Shown: one piece after another, positions 44,513 through 53,825 of the stretch | Layout of the letters: each line of letters starts with the position of its first letter | Numbering within the stretch: the stretch's first letter is position 1 | DNA from: Acutalibacteraceae bacterium | GTDB lineage: Bacteria > Bacillota > Clostridia > Oscillospirales > Acutalibacteraceae | Length of the DNA stretch: 64,000 nt | NCBI GenBank assembly: GCA_045659605.1 | Contig: JAZOXF010000032.1 | Location: forward strand, 5,364-69,363 | Direction: 5' to 3' | The notes under the pieces: model-generated | Databases searched by the model: none | What the model was told of the DNA's origin: nothing | What the model saw: only the letters and a program-made list of their open reading frames with translations | Made by a program: the position numbers and the translations under genes

Positions 44513-46807
44513 ATGGCAAAAACACACGGTCAAAAGAGACAAAATAATGTTTTTTATACCATCATTACTGCGGTATTGTTGTGTGTAGTTTTTTTGACTA
44601 TGGTTAGTCATCTTTATATTTCGGCAAAAAATGAAGCTGAGGAAAATCTTCATATTCAAACAAAGCAAATTAAGGACGATATTACCCTTCAATTGATTTC
44701 CGACCGTGAAAATCTTTCGACCATGGCCAACTTTGCTGCAAAACTTTACAGCGATGGTGAAAGTTACAATTTAATGTTTGACTCCTTTAAACCCATTGGC
44801 TTGATTGAAAATATTGGCATATTAACACCCGATAATAATTTTGTCACAAAGGCAGGTTCCATTGACCTTAACGGAAAAATCGTTTTTGATGAAGAAAAGC
44901 AAAAAGGCGCTTATATAAGCGGAAGAATCAAAGACCTTACTAGAGATAATTATGAAATTATCAGAAGCGCAGTGCCGATTGTTGTAAAAAACGAAACAGT
45001 AGGCATTTTGTATGGCGTTATTAAGCTTGACAAGATTGGCGAAAGATATAACCAAATGGCAAAAGATTTGGATGCTCAACTTTTCGTGTATGACAAGGAA
45101 AACGGAAATCTTGTTATTGATAATATTCACGATACCCTCGGCAACATTTCTTTTTTGAAAGACCGTGTTTATAACGAAGATTATTCTTATGAGCAAATTA
45201 TGGCAACCGATAAAGGATTTACTTCATTTGTGTCGGCTTACAAGGATGAAAACACTTATATGCATTACTCCACCATTGAAGAAATTGGTTGGATTATTGC
45301 CATGGCAAGATATGATTCGCAAGTGTTTGCTGCAACTGAAGAATTAGCCAGTATTTTAATTTTAGTATTTTTCATAATGCTTGTGATTATTGTTCTTTAC
45401 ATAATTGCACTGTTAACCGGTGAAAAACAGGTAAATAGAATAACTGACTGCGCTTCAGATATAAGAAAAACACTTTTGGAAACATCGGGAAGCCAGGATA
45501 ATATTGTTGATTCCTTAGTGCAGATGTGTGAATTTTCTCGCGCAAGGTCGGCAGTGTTTTTCGATAGCGACGGGGAAGCTTTTGATTATATTTCACCTCG
45601 ATTTAAAGAGGTCGTATTTACCGAAAAAGAGAAAAATTATTTTAAATCGGAGTTATTCCGTTATGCCGCCGAGCATCATCAATCAGGTGGAGCGGCTGTA
45701 AATGTTTTGAGTATTAAGGCTAATGCTCATTTGTATAAGACCAATCAAGGATTTTATGAGTTTTTAAAAAAGGAAAAAATCTCCGATATTATATTCTCGA
45801 CTACTATTAATAACGCCAACCATATTACAATTTTGGCTGTTATTAATTCAAAATATAAAAGACAGGTCAAAATGCTTGCCGAAAAAACAGCGGCTTGTTT
45901 TTCCATGGCTTTGTATAATAAAAACTATCTTAACAAAACTAAACTCGTTGCAACCACCGACTCTTTAACAGGAGCCTTAAATCGTGTTGCATATAAAAGC
46001 GATTTAGTGGTTTTTGATGAGGAAAAACCCACGGATTTCTCCTGTATTTATGTTGATGTTAACGAACTTCATCTTATAAATAATAAGTTTGGACATGCCT
46101 CGGGCGACCAAATGCTATTATATATTGCCAACACCTTGAAGGATGTTTTTTATGGCCACAAGGTTTACCGAATGGGCGGAGATGAATTCTTGGTATTTTG
46201 TAAAAATACCGACCAAGCTGTTGTTGAAAAAAGTATTGAAATTTTTGTGGACCAACTTAAGCCCCGTAATTATCATGTTGCAATCGGTCTTTCTTTCAGA
46301 ACTCAAAATAAGGATACCGAAGAAATGGTAAGAGAAGCAGAAGTGAGAATGTACGAAGCAAAGGCTGAGTATTACCAAAACAAAGAGCACAAATCGCCTG
46401 ATGTATTATCTGCTGGGGAATATCTTCAGGTTAGAACCGGAATAATTGAAATTGATACAATACTTTCGATTTTGAAAGAAAAATATAATGGTATATACCG
46501 TGTTTCGTTGGATACCGATAAAGCAAGACGTATTTTAATGCCGGCATATTTAAACTATAATGAACACGAGGAACATTTTTCCGAACTGTTCACAAAATAT
46601 GTATCTGAATTGGTAGAGCCGGATTATCACAGAGCGGTAATGAGTTTCCTTAACTATGATGCGCTTAAACATCAGTTAAGTGAAGATAAAACACCTAAAA
46701 TTACCTATAAAAAGAATGATGGCGAATCGGTGGTTTTAAGTGTTTATAAACTTTGTGACGGAAACGATTTAGTTTCAGATACCCTTTGGGTTTTTGCAAA
46801 CGGGTAG
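44513..46807 (+). CDS. Membrane diguanylate cyclase: extracytoplasmic Cache-like sensor, TM, GAF-like region, canonical GGDEF, plus a ~150-aa C-terminal domain of unknown type
   Basis: TM1 (residues ~15-35), a ~250-aa extracytoplasmic domain and TM2. GGDEF domain: TDSLTGALNRVAY, DVNELHLINNKFGHASGD and YRMGGDEFLVF. A tail after the domain ends in ...VLSVYKLCDGNDLVSDTLWVFANG. Confidence 0.8.
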   Translation: MAKTHGQKRQNNVFYTIITAVLLCVVFLTMVSHLYISAKNEAEENLHIQTKQIKDDITLQLISDRENLSTMANFAAKLYSDGESYNLMFDSFKPIGLIENIGILTPDNNFVTKAGSIDLNGKIVFDEEKQKGAYISGRIKDLTRDNYEIIRSAVPIVVKNETVGILYGVIKLDKIGERYNQMAKDLDAQLFVYDKENGNLVIDNIHDTLGNISFLKDRVYNEDYSYEQIMATDKGFTSFVSAYKDENTYMHYSTIEEIGWIIAMARYDSQVFAATEELASILILVFFIMLVIIVLYIIALLTGEKQVNRITDCASDIRKTLLETSGSQDNIVDSLVQMCEFSRARSAVFFDSDGEAFDYISPRFKEVVFTEKEKNYFKSELFRYAAEHHQSGGAAVNVLSIKANAHLYKTNQGFYEFLKKEKISDIIFSTTINNANHITILAVINSKYKRQVKMLAEKTAACFSMALYNKNYLNKTKLVATTDSLTGALNRVAYKSDLVVFDEEKPTDFSCIYVDVNELHLINNKFGHASGDQMLLYIANTLKDVFYGHKVYRMGGDEFLVFCKNTDQAVVEKSIEIFVDQLKPRNYHVAIGLSFRTQNKDTEEMVREAEVRMYEAKAEYYQNKEHKSPDVLSAGEYLQVRTGIIEIDTILSILKEKYNGIYRVSLDTDKARRILMPAYLNYNEHEEHFSELFTKYVSELVEPDYHRAVMSFLNYDALKHQLSEDKTPKITYKKNDGESVVLSVYKLCDGNDLVSDTLWVFANG

Positions 46808-46813
46808 ATATTC

Positions 46814-46842
46814 TTGACAAAGACGAATCATTGTAATATACT
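46814..46842 (+). promoter_or_regulatory. Promoter TTGACA-17-TATACT in front of the riboswitch
   Basis: TTGACA at 46814-46819 and TATACT at 46837-46842. It begins 7 nt after the DGC stop. Confidence 0.55.
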
Positions 46843-46849
46843 AATTGGT

Positions 46850-46930
46850 GTGAATATTTAGCAAAATCGGTGAAAGCCGATGACGCAAAGCCAAGAGGCT
46901 AAGGTTTTATACTATGCCAGTCCAGCTGCA
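46850..46930 (+). promoter_or_regulatory. c-di-GMP-I (GEMM-I) riboswitch aptamer
   Basis: AGCAAAATCGGTGAAAGCCGATGACGCAAAGCCAAGAGGCTAAGG...TGCCAGTCCAGCTGC. It has the GCAAA element, a GAAA-capped hairpin, the invariant GACGCAAAGCC and the CUAAGG...GCCAG second arm, as in Vc2 and Cd1. Confidence 0.85.
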
Positions 46931-46978
46931 ATGATACAAGGTCTTTGATAAAGACTTTTTATTGTTGCGGCTTTTTTC
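46925..46978 (+). terminator. Riboswitch expression platform: nested terminator hairpins
   Basis: The outer stem GCTGCAATGATA / TATTGTTGCGGC is followed by T6. The inner hairpin GTCTTT-GAT-AAAGAC is followed by T5. The 5' arm overlaps the 3' end of the aptamer. Confidence 0.65.
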
Positions 46979-47047
46979 TTTATCAGCATAAAATAAAAAG
47001 CTAAAAATATTTATTAGATAAGAATTGTATGGTGAGGTAAGGTTATA

Positions 47048-47884
47048 ATGAGCAATAAAATTATTGAATTTTTTAAAGGTATTGCATCAGAAAAAAAGCC
47101 CTATTTTAGCGATAAAAAACTCTTAAAGAAAATTGAAAACGGATTCAAAAACAATGAATTTAAGATGTATCTTCAATTTATTGTGGACACCAAGAAGAAA
47201 ATTGTTTCGGCCGAAACCCTATCAAGATGGGAAAATTCCGCAGGGGATATAATTTTCCCCGGTGAATATATTGGAACAATGGAGAAGTCCGGTCTTATTT
47301 CGAAATTTGATTATTATATGTTTGAGAAGGTTTGCAGTAAACTTGCCGCTTGGAAAAACACCGAGTTTGGAGACCTTACTATTTCTTGCAATTTCACAAG
47401 AATTACAATTTCGGAAAAAGGTTTTGCAAACAAAATAAAGTCAATTGCCGATAAGTATGATTTCGATAGAAGAAAATTATTAATTGAAATTACCGAGGAT
47501 TCTATCGAAAAGAACTTGGTTACCGCCATGTATAATATCATTAAGGTAAAAGAACTTGGCTTCCGCATTGCCTTGGACGATATCGGAAGCGGTTATACCT
47601 CTTTGGTTAGTCTTTGCGAATATCCCATTGATGTTGTTAAGATTGATAGAGAAATTCTTCTTTTAACAGGTACCGAAAAAGGCAAAAAGTTGCTTTTGGG
47701 TATTGTGGCTTTGGCGCACTATTTGAATTTAAAGGTTGTGTGCGAAGGTGTTGAAACCGAAGAACAAAATCAATTGGTAACGGATAGTGGCTGTGATTAT
47801 ATTCAAGGTTGGTATTATTCAAAAGCGCTTTCCGAAACTCAGGCGGAAAAGTTTGCGAAAGATTATATGAGTAAGTTTATATAA
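47048..47884 (+). CDS. Stand-alone EAL domain c-di-GMP phosphodiesterase
   Basis: AETLSRW, LIEITEDS, ALDDIGSGYTSL, VKIDREI, CEGVETEEQ and IQGWYYSKAL. The catalytic EAL-family residues appear intact. Confidence 0.8.
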   Translation: MSNKIIEFFKGIASEKKPYFSDKKLLKKIENGFKNNEFKMYLQFIVDTKKKIVSAETLSRWENSAGDIIFPGEYIGTMEKSGLISKFDYYMFEKVCSKLAAWKNTEFGDLTISCNFTRITISEKGFANKIKSIADKYDFDRRKLLIEITEDSIEKNLVTAMYNIIKVKELGFRIALDDIGSGYTSLVSLCEYPIDVVKIDREILLLTGTEKGKKLLLGIVALAHYLNLKVVCEGVETEEQNQLVTDSGCDYIQGWYYSKALSETQAEKFAKDYMSKFI

Positions 47885-47900
47885 ATTTCGGAGAATAAGT

Positions 47901-48446
47901 ATGAACAAGGATTTTTCAAAAGATTTATATAGATATTATGGTGAAAAAGGCGAGTCTTTTGCCAAAAGACTTCTAAGGCCTGTAGAGTTAAAATATATCG
48001 CCCTTTTCAGAAAGACCCAAAGTTGCAAATTTGCTCCTCTAAAACTTTACTATACCGTAAAACTTAAACTTATGTCCTATAAAACCCACATTCAAATTCC
48101 CGCAAGAACCCAAATTGGCGATGGTTTTTATATAGGTCATAGCGGTAGGGTAATTATTAATCCCGAAGCTAAGTTGGGTAAAAACATTAATGTTTCCACC
48201 GGTGTTGTTATCGGATACGAAAACAGGGGCAAAAGAAAAGGCGCCCCAACGCTGGAGGGAAATTGTTGGATTGGCGCTAATTCGGTTATAGTAGGTAATG
48301 TGAATATCGGTAAGGATGTACTAATTGCGCCCTTAACCTTTGTTAATTTTGATGTTCCACCCCACAGTATTGTTATTGGAAACCCTGCAAAAATCATAAG
48401 CAAAGAAAATGCCACAAAAGACTATATAGAAAATGAAGTAAACTAG
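47901..48446 (+). CDS. Hexapeptide-repeat O-acetyltransferase (serine acetyltransferase/WcaB-like)
   Basis: Left-handed beta-helix repeats (IGDGFYIGHSGRVIINPEAKLGKNINVSTGVVIG...CWIGANSVIVGNVNIGKDVLI). Confidence 0.75.
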   Translation: MNKDFSKDLYRYYGEKGESFAKRLLRPVELKYIALFRKTQSCKFAPLKLYYTVKLKLMSYKTHIQIPARTQIGDGFYIGHSGRVIINPEAKLGKNINVSTGVVIGYENRGKRKGAPTLEGNCWIGANSVIVGNVNIGKDVLIAPLTFVNFDVPPHSIVIGNPAKIISKENATKDYIENEVN

Positions 48447-48464
48447 AAAACGGAGGTGATTAGG

Positions 48465-49964
48465 ATGACTAAAAAGGACAATAGAATTAAATATAATTTG
48501 GTTTCAGGTATTGTTTATCAGGTTGTCCTAATTGTGCTTAGTTTTCTTCTTCCAAGACTTTATCTTGAAAATTTCGGTTCCGAGGTTAACGGTGTTTTAT
48601 CCACTATAAAGCAAATTTTTGTTTATATGTTCTTGCTTGAGGCGGGAATTGGACTTGCTACCACACAAGCCCTTTACAAACCCGTTGCTGAAAAGTCATA
48701 TGATAAGGTAAGTTCGGTTATCTCAGCCACCAATAATTTTTACACTAAAATTGGTTTTCTCTACTCGGGTATAGTTCTTTTAATTGCCGTTGTCTACGCA
48801 TTTATTGTTCCCACAAGCATACCTTCCGGTGTGGTTTTTGGGATAATTGTTTTAACCGGTCTTCCTTCGGTGTTCAGTTATTTTGTACAAGCTAAGTATA
48901 GAATACTTTTAGAGGTTGACGGTAGAAAGTACATAATAAACAATTCCGAAACAATACTTCAACTTTTATCTAACATAGCAAAAATATTAGTACTCTTGTT
49001 TACCGACAGTTTGTTGTTAATACAGGCATCTTACTGTGCTTTAGCACTTTTACAATTAGGATTTATTTATATCTATGCAAAGCGTAGATACAAATGGTTA
49101 AACTTGAAGGCTCAGCCCGATTTTCAGGCAATATCCCAAAGAAAGTCGGTTTTGGTACATCAAATTTCGGGCGTAGTTTTTAATAATACCGATATCTTGT
49201 TGCTTTCTTTCTTGTGCGATTTTAAGGTTGTAAGTGTTTATACCATCTATAACATATTCTTTTCCCAAGTGCAAAATTTCATAACAAGTATTACTGCAGG
49301 TTTCAGTTTTGCCCTCGGTCAAATGTTCCACACCGACAAAGAAAAATTTATGAAGGTTTATAATGTTTACGAAACATTTTACATTATGGCAACCTTCATT
49401 ATCTATACATTAATGGCAGTTTTCCTGTTGCCACTTATACAAATATATACTAAAGGTATTAACGATGCCAATTACACAAATGTTTATTTGGTGATTTTAT
49501 TCGTTATAATGAACCTTTTATCCAACGGAAAGTTGCCTTCTAATCATGTGCTTGAATATTCCGGCAAGTTTGAAGAAACCCGTTCCCATGCAATTACCGA
49601 AATGGTGATTAATATTACAGTTTCGGTTGTTGCGATTTTAAAATTTGGGATTTGCGGTGCCATTATGGGCACTATTATCGCTCTTTTGTACCGTGGCGCA
49701 ATGATGATTTATTATTCAAACAAAAAAGTGCTCGAAAGAAGCGTTTTTAATACATATAAAATTTGGCTTGTAAACGGGGCAGTTTTTGTTCTTATAATGG
49801 TGATTTTCTTTGTGGACAGTTTCAGCGGTTTTTCTTTCCTTGAACTTTTAGTAAAAGGGATAATTCATTTTATGTGGATTGTGCCCTTGTATGTTATTGT
49901 GAATTTTGTATTCCTTAAAGGTGCGTTTAAAAACTTGTTTGAATTGTGGAGGAAGAAAGTATGA
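48465..49964 (+). CDS. wzx: Polysaccharide flippase (Wzx, MOP superfamily)
   Basis: About 12-14 TM helices and ~500 aa, in a typical position in a Wzy-dependent cluster. ATG 48465 follows GGAGG. Confidence 0.65.
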   Translation: MTKKDNRIKYNLVSGIVYQVVLIVLSFLLPRLYLENFGSEVNGVLSTIKQIFVYMFLLEAGIGLATTQALYKPVAEKSYDKVSSVISATNNFYTKIGFLYSGIVLLIAVVYAFIVPTSIPSGVVFGIIVLTGLPSVFSYFVQAKYRILLEVDGRKYIINNSETILQLLSNIAKILVLLFTDSLLLIQASYCALALLQLGFIYIYAKRRYKWLNLKAQPDFQAISQRKSVLVHQISGVVFNNTDILLLSFLCDFKVVSVYTIYNIFFSQVQNFITSITAGFSFALGQMFHTDKEKFMKVYNVYETFYIMATFIIYTLMAVFLLPLIQIYTKGINDANYTNVYLVILFVIMNLLSNGKLPSNHVLEYSGKFEETRSHAITEMVINITVSVVAILKFGICGAIMGTIIALLYRGAMMIYYSNKKVLERSVFNTYKIWLVNGAVFVLIMVIFFVDSFSGFSFLELLVKGIIHFMWIVPLYVIVNFVFLKGAFKNLFELWRKKV

Positions 49965-50695
49965 GTATTCCAAAAGTAATTCATTATTGTTGGTTTGGCA
50001 AGGGTGAAATGCCCAAACTTGCTAAAAAATGCATTAAAAGTTGGAAGAAATATTGTCCCGATTATGAAATAATTTGTTGGAACGAAGAAAATTTCGATTT
50101 AACACAAAACCGCTATATGCATGAAGCATACGAAGCGGGTAAGTGGGCATTTGTCAGCGATGTTGCAAGACTTAAAATTATTTATGATAATGGCGGTATA
50201 TATTTAGATACCGATGTTGAAATTATAAAACCTATTGATGATTTGCTCAAAAGTAAAGGTTTTATGGGATTTGATGAAAAAGGCATTGTTGCCACAGGTC
50301 TGGGCTTCGGTGCCGAGAAGGGAAACGAAATTGTTGGCGAGTTTTTAAAGGATTATGACAATATTCCCTTTGTTTTGCCCGATGGCAGTTTTGATCTTAC
50401 TCCTTGTCCCGATAGAAATACCGAAACTTTAAAAAGACTCGGTATGGATACGGAAAATACAAATCAAAACTTTTTGGGTGTTGACTTTTTAGCCTGCGAA
50501 TACCTTTGCCCAATGGATTATTACACAGGTAAAAAGACAATAACTGAAAATACATATTCAATACATCATTATTCAGCTTCGTGGACTTCGAAAGTCACCA
50601 AAAGAACAACACGAATTAAGCGGATTATTGGTCTTAAGATGTATAATAAATTATACGGAAAATTTTTACATAAATTTAAGTGGCTGGAGTGGTAA
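49961..50695 (+). CDS. Glycosyltransferase family 32-like (DXD sugar-binding region)
   Basis: IPKVIHYCWFG, FVSDVARLKIIYDNGGIYLDTDVE (DXD). ATGA overlap with wzx. Confidence 0.7.
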   Translation: MSIPKVIHYCWFGKGEMPKLAKKCIKSWKKYCPDYEIICWNEENFDLTQNRYMHEAYEAGKWAFVSDVARLKIIYDNGGIYLDTDVEIIKPIDDLLKSKGFMGFDEKGIVATGLGFGAEKGNEIVGEFLKDYDNIPFVLPDGSFDLTPCPDRNTETLKRLGMDTENTNQNFLGVDFLACEYLCPMDYYTGKKTITENTYSIHHYSASWTSKVTKRTTRIKRIIGLKMYNKLYGKFLHKFKWLEW

Positions 50696-52236
50696 TTTTG
50701 CCCGAAGAATTATTTGGAAAATTTAAAAAGAATATCTTGCCTCAGTGGAAAGTGTGCTTTTGGTCGGCGCTTATCATTGGGTTGGTTGCCCATTTGTATA
50801 AAATTGTAAATTGGCTTCCAAACTGGGATTCCTTGGTTTTCAGATATGATGCGCAAAATATGGTTTCCATGGGAAGATGGTTCTTACCCGTTGCATCAGC
50901 CCCCAGTTCTTTTTACGATTTGCCATGGATTACAGGACTTTTATCAATTTTATTCCACGGCTTGGGCGCAGTTTGCATTTGTAAGATTTTCGATGTAAAG
51001 AAAAATACAACTGCGGCATTAATTGGCGCTGCGGTAGTTTCTTTCCCCACTGTCACATCGGTAATGCTATACAATTATGTGGCTGATTCCTATGCTTTAT
51101 CTTTCCTTTTGGCATGTTTGGCGGCGCTTTTTATAACAAGCGAGAAACCAAAGTTTGTTTTGGCCGCCATACTAATTGCCTTGTCGGTGGGAATTTATCA
51201 GGCTTATATAACGGTTACAATAATGCTTTTGCTTTGCTTCCTTATAAGAGAGGTTTTGTTTAAAGGTGAAAAGATTAAAACCTTGCTTATTAAAACTGTA
51301 AAGTTTTTGTTGACCGGAGCAGCCGGTATGGCGCTTTATTACTTGGCGCTTGTAATCATTTTAAAGATTACGGAAACCAAACTTTTGGAGTATCAAGGCT
51401 TTGATAATGCGGCCACACTTTCAAATATAAATATTTTAGGTTCCCTTTACATTGTTAAGGAATCTTTTGTATCCTATTTTTTTGATTTTTCAAAGGGACC
51501 GAATGTATTTAATGTTGTAAATATTATAATTTTAATTTCCACATTTTTATTTTATTTAATTGAAGTTGTCAGAAATAAACTAAAGATTTCTAAGGTTTTG
51601 GCGCTTTGTGTCGGCGCAGTTCTTTTGCCTATTGGCGCAAGTATTTTAGGATTTGTAAACAGCAGTATTGATTACCACAACCTGATGAAGATGGGATTTT
51701 TCGTCTTTTATTTATTCTTCATATTAGAGTATGAAAATACTGATTTTAAAGCCGAAAACCTCAACAAATCAAAGTCTTGGTTTATACTTGTTGTAACAGC
51801 GGTTTTGATTTTTAATCAGGTGATTATCGCTAATATTAGTTATCATAAAATCACTATTGCCTATGAAAAATCTTACGGAACGTTAATTAGAATTGCCGAC
51901 CGTATTGAACAAACCGAAGGTGCAAATGAGTGCGACAGTATTTTGGTGTTGGGCGCTTTGGAAGGCAGTGAGGCGTACAGTTCTGTTGTTTCTTTAGATA
52001 TGACCGGAACTACCGATGAATATATCTTGAGAGCCGACGATGAAATCGTAGGTCAAAGTGTTTTGACTAGCGCATTAAATGACTATTGCGGTAAAGATTA
52101 TAAATTTATTTCGGGCAAAGAAAAAACTGCATTACTTAAAAAGATAGATGCAGACAGTTTGAATAATTGGCCCCATAAGGATTCGGTTTTTGTAATTGAT
52201 GATGTTATTGTTATTAAATTAGGGGACGAAAGGTAG
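50680..52236 (+). CDS. Polytopic membrane protein, GtrII-like glucosyltransferase family (GT-C-like)
   Basis: The N-terminus NWLPNWDSLVFRYDAQNMVSMGRWFLP resembles the Glucos_trans_II family. There are ~10 TM helices and a soluble C-terminal domain. The start is uncertain (GTG 50680 or TTG 50698). Confidence 0.5.
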   Translation: MAGVVILPEELFGKFKKNILPQWKVCFWSALIIGLVAHLYKIVNWLPNWDSLVFRYDAQNMVSMGRWFLPVASAPSSFYDLPWITGLLSILFHGLGAVCICKIFDVKKNTTAALIGAAVVSFPTVTSVMLYNYVADSYALSFLLACLAALFITSEKPKFVLAAILIALSVGIYQAYITVTIMLLLCFLIREVLFKGEKIKTLLIKTVKFLLTGAAGMALYYLALVIILKITETKLLEYQGFDNAATLSNINILGSLYIVKESFVSYFFDFSKGPNVFNVVNIIILISTFLFYLIEVVRNKLKISKVLALCVGAVLLPIGASILGFVNSSIDYHNLMKMGFFVFYLFFILEYENTDFKAENLNKSKSWFILVVTAVLIFNQVIIANISYHKITIAYEKSYGTLIRIADRIEQTEGANECDSILVLGALEGSEAYSSVVSLDMTGTTDEYILRADDEIVGQSVLTSALNDYCGKDYKFISGKEKTALLKKIDADSLNNWPHKDSVFVIDDVIVIKLGDER

Positions 52237-52242
52237 ATTTAG

Positions 52243-53100
52243 ATGGTATATTTTTGTGCGGATGATTATGGTATATCAAAAGAATGTAATAGCCGCATAG
52301 AAAAATGTATCGAAAGCGGTGTTTTAAATAAAATAAGTGTTTTGCCAAACGGCGAACTGGAAAATTTCAAACAACGCTTGTCAAAATACGACGTTAAAAT
52401 ATCTTTACATATTAATTTAATTGAAGGTAAACCTTTGTCGCCAACCCATGATATTAATATGTTGGTAAATGATGAAGGAAATTTTAAATATTCCTTTATC
52501 GGATTGCTTTTACTTTCCCTTTCCCACAAAAGAAAACAACTTAAAAAGCAGTTGTATAAAGAAATTAAAGAACAAATTGTTTTTTGGAAAAAGAATATGG
52601 GTGAAAATCCTCTTTGGATTGACAGTCATCAGTATACTCATATGATACCACTGATTTTTAAAACCTTAATGCAGGTAATTAAGGATGAAGGGGTGGATGC
52701 CCAGTATCTTCGCATCCCAAACGAGCCTGTAACACCGTACCTTTTAACACCTTCTGTATATACTGAATGTAGTTTTATAGGGTTAACAAAACAATGGCTT
52801 TTAAAGTTTTTTACCCTTATTAATAAAAAACAATTTGAAAAATCAAACATAAACACAGCCTGTTTTATGGGGGTAATGTTTTCAGGAAAGGTTACCTGTA
52901 AGAGAATCAAAAATGTGCTTCCCCGTTATTTGAAAATCGCCAAAAAACAGGGAAGAGACATTGAAATAGCACTGCATCCCGGATATTTGGAAGCGGGTGA
53001 GTCCTTAATGGATGGTTGCAGGGCCGATTTTAAAAAGTTTTATTTATCGAAGGATCGTAAAATAGAGTACGATACCCTTATGAATTTTAAGTTTGAATAA
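52243..53100 (+). CDS. YdjC/ChbG/HpnK family carbohydrate deacetylase
   Basis: The N-terminus VYFCADDYGISKECNSRIEKCIESGVLNKISVL matches the YdjC pattern, with later DSHQYTH and HPG. Confidence 0.7.
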   Translation: MVYFCADDYGISKECNSRIEKCIESGVLNKISVLPNGELENFKQRLSKYDVKISLHINLIEGKPLSPTHDINMLVNDEGNFKYSFIGLLLLSLSHKRKQLKKQLYKEIKEQIVFWKKNMGENPLWIDSHQYTHMIPLIFKTLMQVIKDEGVDAQYLRIPNEPVTPYLLTPSVYTECSFIGLTKQWLLKFFTLINKKQFEKSNINTACFMGVMFSGKVTCKRIKNVLPRYLKIAKKQGRDIEIALHPGYLEAGESLMDGCRADFKKFYLSKDRKIEYDTLMNFKFE

Positions 53101-53115
53101 ATCCCAGAAAGAAGA

Positions 53116-53802
53116 ATGAAAATGCCTTACATTGAAAGCGAAAAAGTTGATGAAAAAACCAGAGTCAAATTAGAGGCTTTGCTTGAAAAATCATATTTGT
53201 CATATTGGAGAAAGAAAAGACTTTTTGACATATTTTTTGCCACTTTAATTTTACTTTTCTTTATTCCGCTTATGGTCATTATTGCTATTGTTATATGCAT
53301 TGATGACCCAAGCGCAGGACCCTTCTTTAAACAAAAAAGAGTTGGAAGACACGGTAAGGAATTTTATATGTATAAATTCCGTACCATGCGACCCAATGCA
53401 GAAAGTATTATTGATGAACTTAAGGACAAAAACGAAATGCAAGGTCCTGTTTTTAAAATGAAGGATGACCCGAGAATTACAAGGGTTGGAAAAATTTTGA
53501 GAAAATTGTCTTTGGATGAACTTATGCAGTTTTTCAATGTTTTCAAGGGGGATATGACCTTGGTGGGACCAAGACCACCCCTACCAAGAGAGGTAGAATA
53601 TTACACCGATTATCAAAAACTTCGTTTACTGGTTACTCCCGGAATCACCTGCACTTGGCAAATCCATAAAAACAGAAATGATGTTCCCTTTGAAGAATGG
53701 GTTGAAATGGATTTAGATTACATACAAAACAGAACCTTCCCGGGTGATATTTTGATTATGCTTAAAACACCAATTGTAATGCTTAGCGCAACAGGAAGAT
53801 AA
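53116..53802 (+). CDS. Initiating polyprenyl-phosphate sugar-phosphate transferase (small monotopic PGT, EpsL/PglC-like)
   Basis: KRLFDIFFATLILLFFIPLMVIIAIVI, GPFFKQKRVGRHGKEFYMYKFRTM, LDELMQFFNVFKGDMTLVGPRP and DLDYI. Confidence 0.85.
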   Translation: MKMPYIESEKVDEKTRVKLEALLEKSYLSYWRKKRLFDIFFATLILLFFIPLMVIIAIVICIDDPSAGPFFKQKRVGRHGKEFYMYKFRTMRPNAESIIDELKDKNEMQGPVFKMKDDPRITRVGKILRKLSLDELMQFFNVFKGDMTLVGPRPPLPREVEYYTDYQKLRLLVTPGITCTWQIHKNRNDVPFEEWVEMDLDYIQNRTFPGDILIMLKTPIVMLSATGR

Positions 53803-53825
53803 ACTCTTTTGCAAGGAGAAAAATT

